From positions 69,693 to 133,692 of the forward strand of contig JALNJZ010000004.1 of the NCBI GenBank assembly GCA_023261845.1: DNA of 64,000 bases. Reading direction: 5' to 3'. Shown here piece by piece: positions 28,021 to 37,901 of this stretch. The notes under the pieces were generated by a model, which saw only the letters and a program-made list of their open reading frames with translations, had not been told where the DNA came from and ran no database searches. Position numbers and translations under genes: made by a program. Numbering within the stretch: position 1 is the first letter of the stretch; every line of letters starts with the position of its first letter. Source of the DNA: Candidatus Terraquivivens tengchongensis. Lineage in GTDB: Archaea; Thermoproteota; Nitrososphaeria_A; Caldarchaeales; Wolframiiraptoraceae.

Positions 28021-30768
28021 ATGGAAGGCAACAAGCCTATGGTCGAAAATTGGCACTCGATGAGCGTCAAAGAGGTCATGGCTAGGCTTAGGACCGACCC
28101 GGAGAGGGGACTAACTAGCGACGAAGCAATCAACAGGCTCTCTACGTTCGGTCCGAACGAGATCGAAAAACCGAAGAAGGTCTCAGGTCTAAAGATATTC
28201 ATCAGACAATTTAAGAACGTCTTGATTTTGTTACTGCTTGTTGCCACGGTCATATCTGCAATCTTAGGTGAACTTGTTGAGTCCATACTAATATTCATAA
28301 TAGTGATGGCAGCAACCATCTTAGGATTCGTCCAGGAGCTAAGGGCAGAGAAGGCGCTTGAAGCTCTGAAGAAAATGCTGAGCCCGAGGATCAACGTCAT
28401 CCGGGACGGAAAAGTTGTCAACATAGCGACTAAGGAGATTGTTCCTGGCGACGTTATGCTCCTCGAGGCGGGCGACAAGATACCTGCTGATGCACGGCTC
28501 ATTTACGTCGCTAACCTGCAAGTTAACGAGGCATCCCTTACTGGTGAATCCGTACCGGTTTTGAAGCAGGTTGAGCCCTCGCCCGTGGATGCAAGCATTA
28601 GTGATAGACGCTGCATGGTGTTTGCAGGTACAACTGTTACTTACGGTAAGGGCAAGTGCGTAGTCGTTGCTACGGGAATGAATACAGAGCTCGGTAAGAT
28701 AGCCAGAACTGTGGCTACGATCGAAAAGGAGGAGACACCACTCGAGAGGAAGACGAAGGAAATAGGCAACTTCCTCGTTAGGGTCGTAATAATCGTAATA
28801 AGCTTGATAGCTATTGCAGGCATCCTCGAGGAGCTGTTTCTGTACGGCAATCTGACCGTTGATTTCGTCGTCGAGATGATGGTATTCGCTGTAGCCCTAG
28901 CGGTGGCAGCGGTTCCGGAGGCATTACCGGCGATCGTTACGGGCACGCTGGCTATAGGCATGTATGTGATGGCTAAGCACAATGCCTTAATCAGGAGGAT
29001 GTCAGCCGTGGAGACGCTCGGTTGCACACAGGTCATATGCTCCGACAAGACTGGGACGCTCACTAAGGGTGAGATGACAGTTGTGCAGCTCTTTGTTTCA
29101 GGAAGAAACATCAAGGTCTCGGGCACAGGTTACGAGCCAAAAGGAGGGTTCTTCGAGGATGGGAAGATCATAGAACCCGATGGGTCAATCCATCTGCTCC
29201 TTAAGGCAGGTTCACTTTGTAACGATGCGCAGCTCGTGAATACCAACGGAGGATGGAGCGTGATAGGAGATCCGACAGAGGGTGCACTCATAGTCGTTGC
29301 CAGAAAGGCTGGAATAGACGAGCTAGAACTCAGGAAGGCAAACCCAAGAGTCTTCGAGGTACCATTCAGCTCGGAGAGAAAGAAGATGACGACTGTCCAC
29401 AAGACGCCGGACGGGTCTTTGGTTGCATACATGAAGGGAGCTGTCGAGGTAGTTCTAGATTCTTGCGATAGGATTCTCCTGAACGGAGAGGAGGTACAGC
29501 TATCGGATGAGTTGAGGTCGGATGTACTTGCGATAAACGACGAGATGGCAGCAAACGGTCTCAGGGTGTTGGCTATAGCATATAGAAGTAGTGTTGACTG
29601 TGAGGAATATACAGATGCCGAAAAGCTCGAGAGGAATTTCATACTGATCGGCCTATTCGGCATGATGGACCCGCCAAGAGAAGATGCCATAGAGGCCATC
29701 AGGGTGTGCAAGCAGGTTCAGATAAAACCCGTGATGATTACTGGTGATCATAAGCAGACGGCCGTGGCCATCGCAAAAAGCATGAAGATCTACGAGGAAG
29801 GGGACATCGTGCTAACTGGTCAGGAGTTGGAGAAGATAGACGATGCCGAGCTTAGCAAGGTGTGCGAGAAGGTCACAGTTTATGCGAGGGTTTCTCCGCT
29901 AGACAAGCTGAAGATAGTTAAGGCATGGAAGCGAAGGGGAAAAATCGTCGCGATGACTGGTGACGGTGTGAACGACGCACCAGCGTTGAAGCAGGCCGAC
30001 ATAGGCGTCGCCATGGGAATAACGGGGACTGAAGTCTCGAAGGAAGCGGCCGACATGGTCCTGTCCGATGACAACTTCGCTACAATCGTGAAGGCTATAG
30101 AGCTGGGCAGATGGATATACGACAACATCAAGAAGTTCCTGCTCTACCTACTCGAGAGCAACATAGTTGAGGTAGCGGTCATAGCCATACTCGTGCTCTT
30201 AGGGTTTCCGCTCCCTCTGCTACCAGTCCACATACTGTACATAAACTTGGCAACCGATGGTCTCCCTGCGATCGCTCTCGGCTTAGCGCCGCCAGAGCCT
30301 GGACTCATGAATCGACCACCGAGAGATCCGAAGGAATCCGCATTCTCGCGTGAAATTAAGTTTCTGTTAGGCTTAATAACTTCCATTCATACGCCGTTCT
30401 TTGTTTGGATCTTCTTCTCGAACATAGGCAGGGGTATCGACGTTGCTAGGACTATTCTCTTCCTATCCTTCGTCATCGTTGAGCTTTCTCTTGCGTTGAA
30501 CCTTTGCTCGATAAGGTACCCAATAACTAAAGTCAAGCCACATAAGTGGTTATTGCTTGCTGTACTATGGGAAGTTTTCATGTTGTGTATGATAGTCAGC
30601 TTGGAAGGTCTAAGAAACGTCTTTCAGCTAGTGCCGCTATCGTCCCAAGATCTTATTACGTTAGCGTTTGTAGCGCTCATACCATTTGTCGAGTTTGAAT
30701 TGATAAAGCGTATAGCACCAGACCTCCTAATACCAGAATCTGAGTTGAAGTTTCAAAAAATAAGTTAA
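28021..30768 (+). CDS. P-type cation-transporting ATPase (P2, Ca2+-type)
   Basis: CSDKTGTLT phosphorylation site, TGDGVNDAPAL hinge, 10 TM segments. 915 aa. Confidence 0.9.
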   Translation: MEGNKPMVENWHSMSVKEVMARLRTDPERGLTSDEAINRLSTFGPNEIEKPKKVSGLKIFIRQFKNVLILLLLVATVISAILGELVESILIFIIVMAATILGFVQELRAEKALEALKKMLSPRINVIRDGKVVNIATKEIVPGDVMLLEAGDKIPADARLIYVANLQVNEASLTGESVPVLKQVEPSPVDASISDRRCMVFAGTTVTYGKGKCVVVATGMNTELGKIARTVATIEKEETPLERKTKEIGNFLVRVVIIVISLIAIAGILEELFLYGNLTVDFVVEMMVFAVALAVAAVPEALPAIVTGTLAIGMYVMAKHNALIRRMSAVETLGCTQVICSDKTGTLTKGEMTVVQLFVSGRNIKVSGTGYEPKGGFFEDGKIIEPDGSIHLLLKAGSLCNDAQLVNTNGGWSVIGDPTEGALIVVARKAGIDELELRKANPRVFEVPFSSERKKMTTVHKTPDGSLVAYMKGAVEVVLDSCDRILLNGEEVQLSDELRSDVLAINDEMAANGLRVLAIAYRSSVDCEEYTDAEKLERNFILIGLFGMMDPPREDAIEAIRVCKQVQIKPVMITGDHKQTAVAIAKSMKIYEEGDIVLTGQELEKIDDAELSKVCEKVTVYARVSPLDKLKIVKAWKRRGKIVAMTGDGVNDAPALKQADIGVAMGITGTEVSKEAADMVLSDDNFATIVKAIELGRWIYDNIKKFLLYLLESNIVEVAVIAILVLLGFPLPLLPVHILYINLATDGLPAIALGLAPPEPGLMNRPPRDPKESAFSREIKFLLGLITSIHTPFFVWIFFSNIGRGIDVARTILFLSFVIVELSLALNLCSIRYPITKVKPHKWLLLAVLWEVFMLCMIVSLEGLRNVFQLVPLSSQDLITLAFVALIPFVEFELIKRIAPDLLIPESELKFQKIS

Positions 30769-30795
30769 ATACGTGATAGTAGCACTCGTAACATC

Positions 30796-31398
30796 ATGGA
30801 GAAAAATGTAAAATTCATGGTCGAGGCATATAAGGATGAGTACATTGATTCGTGCCTCTACAAAAACATGGCCGCATACGTTAAGGATGAGGTTAAGAGA
30901 CAGACCTTCGATGAGTTGTCCAAGGTAGAGAGGACGCACGCAAATTTTTGGTATGATTTTTTGGAGAGTATGGGAATAACGCCAAGCATAAGTCTGAGCT
31001 CTAGGTTGAAGTTGTTCTTCATGATTCTGTTCACGAGGCTTCTTGGATACAAGCTAACCATAAGGCTCTTTGAGGCGGGCGAGCTAGCCGCGATAAAGAA
31101 GTATTCAGAGCTATATAGGTCTGCAGACCTTACCAAGGATGTTCGAGAACAACTTGGAAAAATAATCTACGATGAGATATCACATGAAGAATACTTGATG
31201 TCTGAAGTGCTAAAGATTAAAACGATGTTTGAACGTGTGAGGGATGCGTTGTACGGTATGGTGGATGCGCTTGTCGAGGTTCTTGCGGTCGTGGTTGGCT
31301 TGGCGAGCGTAATTCGAGAACCTGTAGTTGTGGCTTTGGCAGGAATAATAGCCGGTTCTGCTGGGACTTTCTCCATGGCACTTCATCCATACAACTAG
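30796..31398 (+). CDS. ferritin-like/rubrerythrin-like domain protein with a truncated VIT1-like C-terminus
   Basis: Ferritin-like four-helix region followed by a single hydrophobic segment (LVEVLAVVVGLASV) typical of the start of a VIT1 domain. The gene ends at the putative deletion junction. Confidence 0.45.
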   Translation: MEKNVKFMVEAYKDEYIDSCLYKNMAAYVKDEVKRQTFDELSKVERTHANFWYDFLESMGITPSISLSSRLKLFFMILFTRLLGYKLTIRLFEAGELAAIKKYSELYRSADLTKDVREQLGKIIYDEISHEEYLMSEVLKIKTMFERVRDALYGMVDALVEVLAVVVGLASVIREPVVVALAGIIAGSAGTFSMALHPYN

Positions 31399-31399
31399 C

Positions 31400-31579
31400 A
31401 CAACCCAAGGTCAGGGTTAGCGTACTCTTACCGTAGCCAGTCGGAAGTAAAAAAATACAAAACGTTGGTAAATTATTATGTAAAAATTCATCAACTACCT
31501 TTAGGGGCTTATGTATGAGTGTTCTTGCCCGCCAAGAAAGAGCGCCACATATGTTCAAGTACAACTCATGTAATGTCAC
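31400..31579 (-). pseudogene. cas3: cas3' (helicase) N-terminal fragment, truncated
   Basis: Minus ORF beginning at 31579 and overlapping the cas5 stop: ...HKPLKVVDEFLHNNLPTFCIFLLPTGYGKSTLTL. This carries helicase motif I. The frame then runs antisense into the ferritin-like gene. Confidence 0.55.
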
Positions 31580-32366
31580 GTGAGATCACCATAACGTTTT
31601 CACCATCGGTGTATGCCAGACCCTTACTTGACAGTCTGAGTTCAATGACATCGCTTTCGATAAAACCACGTACTTTCCCTGGAATTATATAACGGACTGG
31701 TTTTGGTTTCTTAGCGCCGAATTCATCATCCCAAAACTCTACCTCATCGTAGTTATGGTTCTCAATCGATTCTTTAGCTTCTGAAGGAAAGTAATACGAA
31801 GTTTTGACAACGTCCTGTTTAACAAGCCATGAATCGTTAAGCTTAACATCCTCGACACTTACTATGCTCTCCTTTGAACCTATCCGAGTGATGCTCCAAG
31901 CACTACGAATTAAAGATTGTTTCCAGCCATCGCCTAAAATCGACTTTACCTTGTCTTCGTCTATCAAGTAAAGCGCATGAAACGCTCTATGAGGCGCAAG
32001 CACTTTTCCAGACGGAATTGCGCCAAACCTATACTCCATCAACGCTCTTCTTGCAGGTTTTTGGAAGTGAAGCACGATGTAACGATTGATATCCAGCCAT
32101 TCGCTAGCGACTTCATTGTGTTCATATTCGAATCTACATGAAGCAGCCTTTATGAAATTCATCAAAAATGCTGAGGATGTTAGATTGAGTTTTCTCCTCT
32201 TCATGGACGTGTATATTGTTTCGGAGTTATCCATGAGTCCCTTTAAAAGAGCTCCTTTGAGTGTATTAGGAGGTGGTAGCGCAAACGCTGGTTGACCCTT
32301 GCTAGAAAACGGATGTTTAACAGAGTAGCCCCAATGAAACCTCGCTCGTATATGAAGAAGCATCAT
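31566..32366 (-). CDS. cas5: CRISPR-associated Cas5 (subtype I-A)
   Basis: N-terminus LHIRARFHWGYSVKHPFSS...ALPPPNTLKGALLKGL carries the Cas5 PPPST-type motif. Confidence 0.75.
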   Translation of the reverse strand: MMLLHIRARFHWGYSVKHPFSSKGQPAFALPPPNTLKGALLKGLMDNSETIYTSMKRRKLNLTSSAFLMNFIKAASCRFEYEHNEVASEWLDINRYIVLHFQKPARRALMEYRFGAIPSGKVLAPHRAFHALYLIDEDKVKSILGDGWKQSLIRSAWSITRIGSKESIVSVEDVKLNDSWLVKQDVVKTSYYFPSEAKESIENHNYDEVEFWDDEFGAKKPKPVRYIIPGKVRGFIESDVIELRLSSKGLAYTDGENVMVISRDIT

Positions 32367-32371
32367 CTTCT

Positions 32372-33481
32372 TCAGCCGGACATTTCTTGGTCCACTAACT
32401 TAGCTACTTCCAGTAAAGCCTCCTCTAGGCTACTTCCTAGTTTAAGTGTGACATTATCGTAGGTCTCCTCAGCTATGTCCTTGTCTTCTTTTGTTACCGC
32501 AAATATGCTGACTTTTTCCTCTATACCATGTCTCGATAAAGCTTCAGTCATCTTCTTTGCTCGTTCCACAGAATCCCTTACATGAGTCCAATAGTTTCCA
32601 GGCGAAGCTACGAAATCCGACATTCTTGACAAAGTTATGACTGCCGACCTGACGTCGATTATCGGATGGAAACGGCTTTTCTTTGCTCCAAATGACAGGT
32701 TTGTAAACAATAGCGTAAGGGCATCAATCGCAAGCTTAATTCTTGGGATTCTTTGTTTCATGAGTTCTTCCTCCCTATTTACCTTGCCTTTAGGGACGGG
32801 CATGCCCTTCTCATCAAGCAAAGGTGTGGAGGGCATGGCTATACCATCTACATCTAAGTTGAACGTTAAAGTATACAGCGCAGAACCTACTTCGACATTA
32901 TAGGGAATCATCGGACGTGCTTGACCCGCTTCTTTCTCCTTCTCGACCTGGCTCAGGGCCATTCTGACATGGAATTGACTTTCGAGACCTATAGCATGGG
33001 AAGAATCTAGAGCTGGAATCATATAACTTGCTTGGAATCTAGAAGTTCTTCTTACAGGTATTTTGCCTGCATATAAGAACCCACCTATGTCTGCTACAAC
33101 ATCGTGTAGGAGCACATCTACCTCGAACCTTCTTGCATCTCTCTGATCTTCTGGCCGCTTAATACCTTCTAAGTAACTGTCATCCGCATACTTTATGAAC
33201 TCTTTCGCTGCAGTTAGCGTACCGACTGGAAGACCATACTTTGGAGCAAGGTCTACTAATATGCTTTGGTACTCGTGGGCTATAGTTTCACCTGAAACCG
33301 CTGGGACGTACCTTATTACATACTGACCGTCATCTTGTTTGACGACTATTGGCGCGGTCCTATGTCTAGAGAGATTTCCAACACTTTCGACCATGTTAAG
33401 CGCTTCAGCGTTTACCAGAAGCCTTAAGGAAAGACTAAGAAACATACTAACCACCTTCCTCCTTAAGCAACACATCCACAA
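32372..33481 (-). CDS. cas7: CRISPR-associated Cas7 / Csa2 (subtype I-A, DevR family)
   Basis: FLSLSLRLLVNAEALNMVESVGNLSRHRTAPIVV...YVPAVSGETIAHEYQ is the classic Csa2 N-terminus. The true start is probably the internal Met at about 33445. Confidence 0.8.
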   Translation of the reverse strand: MWMCCLRRKVVSMFLSLSLRLLVNAEALNMVESVGNLSRHRTAPIVVKQDDGQYVIRYVPAVSGETIAHEYQSILVDLAPKYGLPVGTLTAAKEFIKYADDSYLEGIKRPEDQRDARRFEVDVLLHDVVADIGGFLYAGKIPVRRTSRFQASYMIPALDSSHAIGLESQFHVRMALSQVEKEKEAGQARPMIPYNVEVGSALYTLTFNLDVDGIAMPSTPLLDEKGMPVPKGKVNREEELMKQRIPRIKLAIDALTLLFTNLSFGAKKSRFHPIIDVRSAVITLSRMSDFVASPGNYWTHVRDSVERAKKMTEALSRHGIEEKVSIFAVTKEDKDIAEETYDNVTLKLGSSLEEALLEVAKLVDQEMSG

Positions 33482-33827
33482 TCTTATAGGTGGCCTTAGC
33501 GGCGACCCGTCTGGCTAAAAGCAAGTCTTTCGTAGCCTCCTCCACGAAGTTATCCAGCTCACTATAGGAGGCAAGCTTCCCGGGAATTCGAAGCAACCTA
33601 TCCTCCCTATCTTTTACTTCGGTATAAGGCCTACCTGCTTCTTCGCAGACCCTTACTCTATCCTTTATAACGGTAAGAATTCGCGCAACCTCATAAGTGG
33701 CCTTTGCCACGACCTCGCCGCTCATGGCGTTGGCTAACCTATCCACGGTAGAATAGCTTCCCGTGGCTGCAACAACTGCTGCGAATGCAACAGCAACACC
33801 ATCAAACTTAGAGCTGATTGAACTCAT
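33447..33827 (-). CDS. csa5: putative Csa5 (type I-A small subunit)
   Basis: 126-aa helical protein immediately upstream of csa2, in the canonical I-A gene order. Confidence 0.45.
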   Translation of the reverse strand: MSSISSKFDGVAVAFAAVVAATGSYSTVDRLANAMSGEVVAKATYEVARILTVIKDRVRVCEEAGRPYTEVKDREDRLLRIPGKLASYSELDNFVEEATKDLLLARRVAAKATYKIVDVLLKEEGG

Positions 33828-34078
33828 ATGTTGTCAATAGTTCGATTTCCGCATATAAGCTTAACTAAGAATTTTGCATATATATGCAAACGGAGCTAAA
33901 TCAATTAAAGATGCACAATTAGGTGACACTCACTAATAACGTTCTAAGACACCAACACTATTCTAGAATTGGTTAATTCTGCTGTTGGGAGTGAAGCCTT
34001 TTTGCAAAATTTGTGCCAAAAATATTTTTATTTTTAATTAAGTATTTTAATAAGTATTTTAATAGTTAGGGGATAGAT

Positions 34079-34606
34079 ATGGGTAGGACTAGGGCTGTTT
34101 TGAGGAGGCAGGTTCCGCTCTGGCTATTAATACTCCTCGTCCTCTTGGTTGGGGCTGGAGCTGCTGTAGCCATAACAGCATATACGCTGACATATTATGC
34201 TAAGGCTGCTACAGTAATAGTCTCCGATGACGCCCTCATCCATATTGACGGTTTCCCTGAGTATGGGATCTACATAGCAGAGACAAGCAAGTCCGCCAAT
34301 ACGAATGGTGAACTGAGCTATCCGTATAGTAAAGTTAATAATGATATAACCGCCGGACACTATGTAATATCATTTACGATTAGAGAGAATGAGAACTTAG
34401 AAGCATATGCTGGCAGCCGCTGGAAGGTATACGTCTACTTCGGCGTCACTAAGCTGGGCGAGTTCACCATAACACAAAACACAGCAGAAAGAGACATCAT
34501 TGAGGGGGTTGAGGTCCACGTTGACCTCGGGCTCGGACCTGGACAGGAAGGTCAGCTGCCAGATATCAGTAATCCGGTGCGCATAATAGCCATAAGGCAA
34601 TCATAG
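34079..34606 (+). CDS. membrane-anchored/secreted hypothetical protein
   Basis: N-terminal TM/signal LWLLILLVLLVGAGAAVAITA. 175 aa. Confidence 0.4.
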   Translation: MGRTRAVLRRQVPLWLLILLVLLVGAGAAVAITAYTLTYYAKAATVIVSDDALIHIDGFPEYGIYIAETSKSANTNGELSYPYSKVNNDITAGHYVISFTIRENENLEAYAGSRWKVYVYFGVTKLGEFTITQNTAERDIIEGVEVHVDLGLGPGQEGQLPDISNPVRIIAIRQS

Positions 34607-34685
34607 CAGCTCACAACTATAACGCAAAACAAACCTTTTTTATATTTACTTTGCATAATACCACCATAAACTATTGGGATCTCTC

Positions 34686-35590
34686 GGTTGTTGAAGGAAT
34701 TGCCTTCTTAAGCATTCGCATCTGCGGGACTGTATTTACGTATATTGGCTAGCGATAAAATTATGTTGATCCATTTTTCTTCGGCTTTTGCTGAGGTCTC
34801 CTCGCCTAGCGCAGTATTAGGTCTCAGGTAGTTGTAGTATATTCGATACCCATTTATCATCTCCTCGAACTTTCCTCTTGCCCCTCTCTTCTCCCTAACC
34901 CACTCTTTGAGTGTGCCGTGCAGTCTCTCCACTATATTATTGTTCTCATCCTTTGCTAGGCCAGCATTACTTATGTGGCTTATTGGTAGGCCTAGGATCT
35001 CAAGAGCCCTTCTATAGGAGTGAAGCCCATCCGTCACCATTGCTTTTGGGATCTTGCCGGAGTTTTTAATTGCCTCCTTTATTGCCTTAATAGCGTCACC
35101 AGCGTCCCGACCAGATGTGAGCAATGACGCTATGTATATCCTCGTCTCATAGTCCATTACATTCCACAGGTACATCGGCTCGCCATTAACCTTAACGACA
35201 GTTTCGTCTGCAAGCCACTTATCGCCGACCTCCAATTTAGTCTCCTCAGCCTCCTTAAAGACCTCTATAAGCCTTGACCCCTACCATGGGTAGTGAACCC
35301 ATACTCTACCATCCTGGTCAACCATGAAAACCCTTCTGGTCAAACCTATGACCTCAGTAGCCTTATTTAAAAGATTTAATAGAAAAGCTAGTGCAGCTTC
35401 ATAGCCGCCTCTAGAAATGATGTCAACTACCTCGAAGACTTTATCAACTCTCATCAGATCAGCCCGGTTAATGCAGTATACTGCTAGGCAGAAACCATCC
35501 TCATCCTCCTTGAAAGCTCCATGATGCCATTCATTGTTATCAGTAGCAAGTCATCACCATACTTATCATGACTAAACTTGTTATTCAACC
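34686..35590 (-). mobile_element. IS6-family insertion sequence (about 905 bp) with imperfect terminal inverted repeats (GGTTG...) and a flanking tctctc direct repeat
   Basis: Ends GGTTGTTGAAGG (34686) and CAACC (35590, reverse complement GGTTGAATAAC). The flanks tctctc at 34680-85 and 35591-96 look like a target-site duplication. Confidence 0.5.
34708..35454 (-). pseudogene. IS6-family DDE transposase interrupted by an in-frame TAG (35281-35283)
   Basis: DETVVKVNGEPMYLWNVMDYETR...AMVTDGLHSYRRAL parallels IS26 Tnp (DETYVKVNG...YLYRAVD...NTDKAPAYGRAL). The N-terminal HTH part lies in the same frame upstream of a single amber codon. Confidence 0.6.
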
Positions 35591-35918
35591 TCTCTCGAAA
35601 ACGTTCGAAATAACTGTGTTCTCTCAGCATATGTTCGAGAACGTTAGTGTTTTATCATATACCCCGTTTCAACCTGAGACCAATCCTCTTCGAAATCTGA
35701 TTTGTTTTTCAATTCCCTTGTTGGTATCAGTGCGGCCTTTTTCCGGTTTCTACACCTTCATGAGCCGCTTTTGTAAACTACTCTTGCGGCGGCAGGGGTT
35801 AATCATGATATGTATATAAACTTATTCTGCGTCTCGGTAATACTGAATTTGTTCGGCCGAAGCATATGAAAGCCGAACGCAGAAAACATAATACCAGACA
35901 TAGGCTTTTACATCCTTT

Positions 35919-37445
35919 GTGAATGCTCAGAAGACCAGCCTTCTTATCATGGCACCTATAGGGGACCTCTCAGGCTGGAGGCTAGCAAACTACTATATTC
36001 AAGGCAAACGCTACTCGACGTGCTGCTCTGCCATAGCTCTGGCCCTACACAACTCCCAGCGTTATAACCACATACATCTGCAGATTTATGTGCTCGACTC
36101 TCTAACATGCTCACCTTTGCTTGGGAAGTGGTCCGAGGATCAACCTTTACAGAGGCAAGTCATTAAGCAAGTTTTGGAGAAATCGTTTAAAGAGGAGGTG
36201 CTTAAGGTTGCCCAGAGATCAGGTATTGGGGCGCAAGTAGGGCATAACGGTGCTGTTTACATAAGAAGCCAGTGCACCCTGACAATATCGGTCCACATAT
36301 CCCAAGCTGCTGGTGAATATGCTGTTAACAGGGAAGGAGCCCCAGTAGCATCAGCCGTATTTAACGGAGACCCCACATCAATATTCACAAAGATCATCTC
36401 CTCAGTCATAACACTTCCTGAATACGGCGACATACTGTTAGACCTCACACATGGTATCAACTACATGCAGTCGATGGCGGTCTATGCAGTTGAGATACTT
36501 AAAAATCTTATACCCGTCAACGTCAGGGTGCACAACGCCTCACCTTATCCGTCTGGAGTCTACCAAACAACCTTCTGCTTTCCCACAACCGTAAAGCAAG
36601 TAAAACAAAACATAATGAGAAATCAGCCCGATTTAATGATACTCGACCTATCAGGCCTGCAGCACCTTTGGGATCTTTCGGCAAGCTTCTCCAATCTAAC
36701 CCTTACTAGAAAAGATGTGGAGACTATTCGTAAAGCCCTCAATCACGTCATCTCTCAACTTAAGCTATGTAGCACAAGCTATAATGTTTTACAGGCTCGC
36801 CACACGGTACTGGCTTGGTATTACTTAGCGGCTGGGGTGATCACGATAGGTTACATCAATGCGGTAAAGTCTTTCAAAGAGACGGTTGATCTGGACAACA
36901 TCCAGCAACTTGCAAATAAAATAGAAGAGGCTGAAATCGGCTTCGATGTTGAGGGGGATAACGATCGCATCATATTCAAATACAGGGCTCGTACTGATTG
37001 GAGGTTTGCTGTTCCGTTCATTGTGTGGTACATGCGCCAGAGGCTAGCCCAAGTCATTAGCAGAAAGGATATTAAGGAAACGGATAAGATAACTGTCAAT
37101 GGAAATGAGCTGATAACACTGCTCGACGGACTCTCTAATGTAAATCCTCTCTACATGGCCGTCGGGAATGCTCTGAGATATGAGAGGGACAGGATACTCC
37201 AGAAGAGCCGAGACCTTAAGATGTATGAGTTCTCCATGGAAAGATCTGAATATAGGAAGCTGTTTTTCGGTACAGATAGTCCTCTCAGCCAGCTAAAGTT
37301 AAGTGAAATGAAAAGACACCTACAGGCACACGTGGGTATAACATACGAACCAGTCACCCATATAAAAATAACCGATAATGAGGTTCAGTTAACGCTGAGG
37401 GTTGGGGACCTTGGAGAGGGTCCCTACAACGTATGGCCTAAGTGA
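35919..37445 (+). CDS. csx1: Csx1-family CRISPR-associated CARF-HEPN protein (DxTHG motif)
   Basis: N-terminal CARF-like GDLSGWRLANYYIQG. DLTHGINYM is a DxTHG motif. C-terminal HEPN Rx4H (KRHLQAHVG). 508 aa. Confidence 0.55.
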   Translation: MNAQKTSLLIMAPIGDLSGWRLANYYIQGKRYSTCCSAIALALHNSQRYNHIHLQIYVLDSLTCSPLLGKWSEDQPLQRQVIKQVLEKSFKEEVLKVAQRSGIGAQVGHNGAVYIRSQCTLTISVHISQAAGEYAVNREGAPVASAVFNGDPTSIFTKIISSVITLPEYGDILLDLTHGINYMQSMAVYAVEILKNLIPVNVRVHNASPYPSGVYQTTFCFPTTVKQVKQNIMRNQPDLMILDLSGLQHLWDLSASFSNLTLTRKDVETIRKALNHVISQLKLCSTSYNVLQARHTVLAWYYLAAGVITIGYINAVKSFKETVDLDNIQQLANKIEEAEIGFDVEGDNDRIIFKYRARTDWRFAVPFIVWYMRQRLAQVISRKDIKETDKITVNGNELITLLDGLSNVNPLYMAVGNALRYERDRILQKSRDLKMYEFSMERSEYRKLFFGTDSPLSQLKLSEMKRHLQAHVGITYEPVTHIKITDNEVQLTLRVGDLGEGPYNVWPK

Positions 37446-37485
37446 TGCTAGAAAAGAATATAGACATCGTAGGCAACATCCATAT

Positions 37486-37848
37486 ATGCATAGTGATGTT
37501 CTGGACCTTGCAGCAGTCCTCAATACACTTAAGAAAACCCATGTCCAGACACTATGGACCATAGCCGAGCTCGGAGGAAGAGCTCGGCTCAAAGACCTTC
37601 AGAAGAAGATTAAGGCCTCAAAGTCAACACTCAGCAGCAGGCTGGCAGCTTTAGCTGACAAGGGATTAGTGACATATGAAGCTGGCTTTGCGGAGCTTGT
37701 CTATAAAACACCCCTATGTTATCTTGCAAACATTGAGAACATACCATACGCATATGTTGGCCTCCTCGGAAAACCCTTACCAGTGGAGCATAGGGAGCCT
37801 GAGACAGAGACAGCAATTAGCCTCCTTCGCGAGGGGGCATTACAATAG
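37486..37848 (+). CDS. winged-helix DNA-binding protein
   Basis: LKDLQKKIKASKSTLSSRLAALADKGLV is a wHTH recognition helix. The listed ORF starts at 37402 and overlaps csx1, but ATG 37486 is the more likely start. Confidence 0.45.
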   Translation: MHSDVLDLAAVLNTLKKTHVQTLWTIAELGGRARLKDLQKKIKASKSTLSSRLAALADKGLVTYEAGFAELVYKTPLCYLANIENIPYAYVGLLGKPLPVEHREPETETAISLLREGALQ

Positions 37849-37901
37849 ATAAGATTCTTGTCGCCACCACCAAGGATGCTATTGAAGAATGGACTCCCAT
37901 A

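Noticed and set aside
28641-29711. Antisense ORFs (161 and 193 aa) inside the P-type ATPase gene
   Set aside because: They are on the opposite strand of a full-length ATPase with all catalytic motifs. The Ser/Thr-rich low-complexity translations are typical of antisense frames.
34039-34062. Perfect 12-bp tandem duplication taagtattttaa x2 upstream of ORF 34079
   Set aside because: It is too short to be a CRISPR or minisatellite. It is most likely an AT-rich promoter/TATA duplication.
35825-35884. Nested palindrome ttctgcgt...ttcggc...gccgaa cgcagaa upstream of csx1
   Set aside because: The hairpin is imperfect and there is a single copy. It could be a regulatory hairpin, but there is no supporting evidence. 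It lies outside the IS boundaries I inferred.
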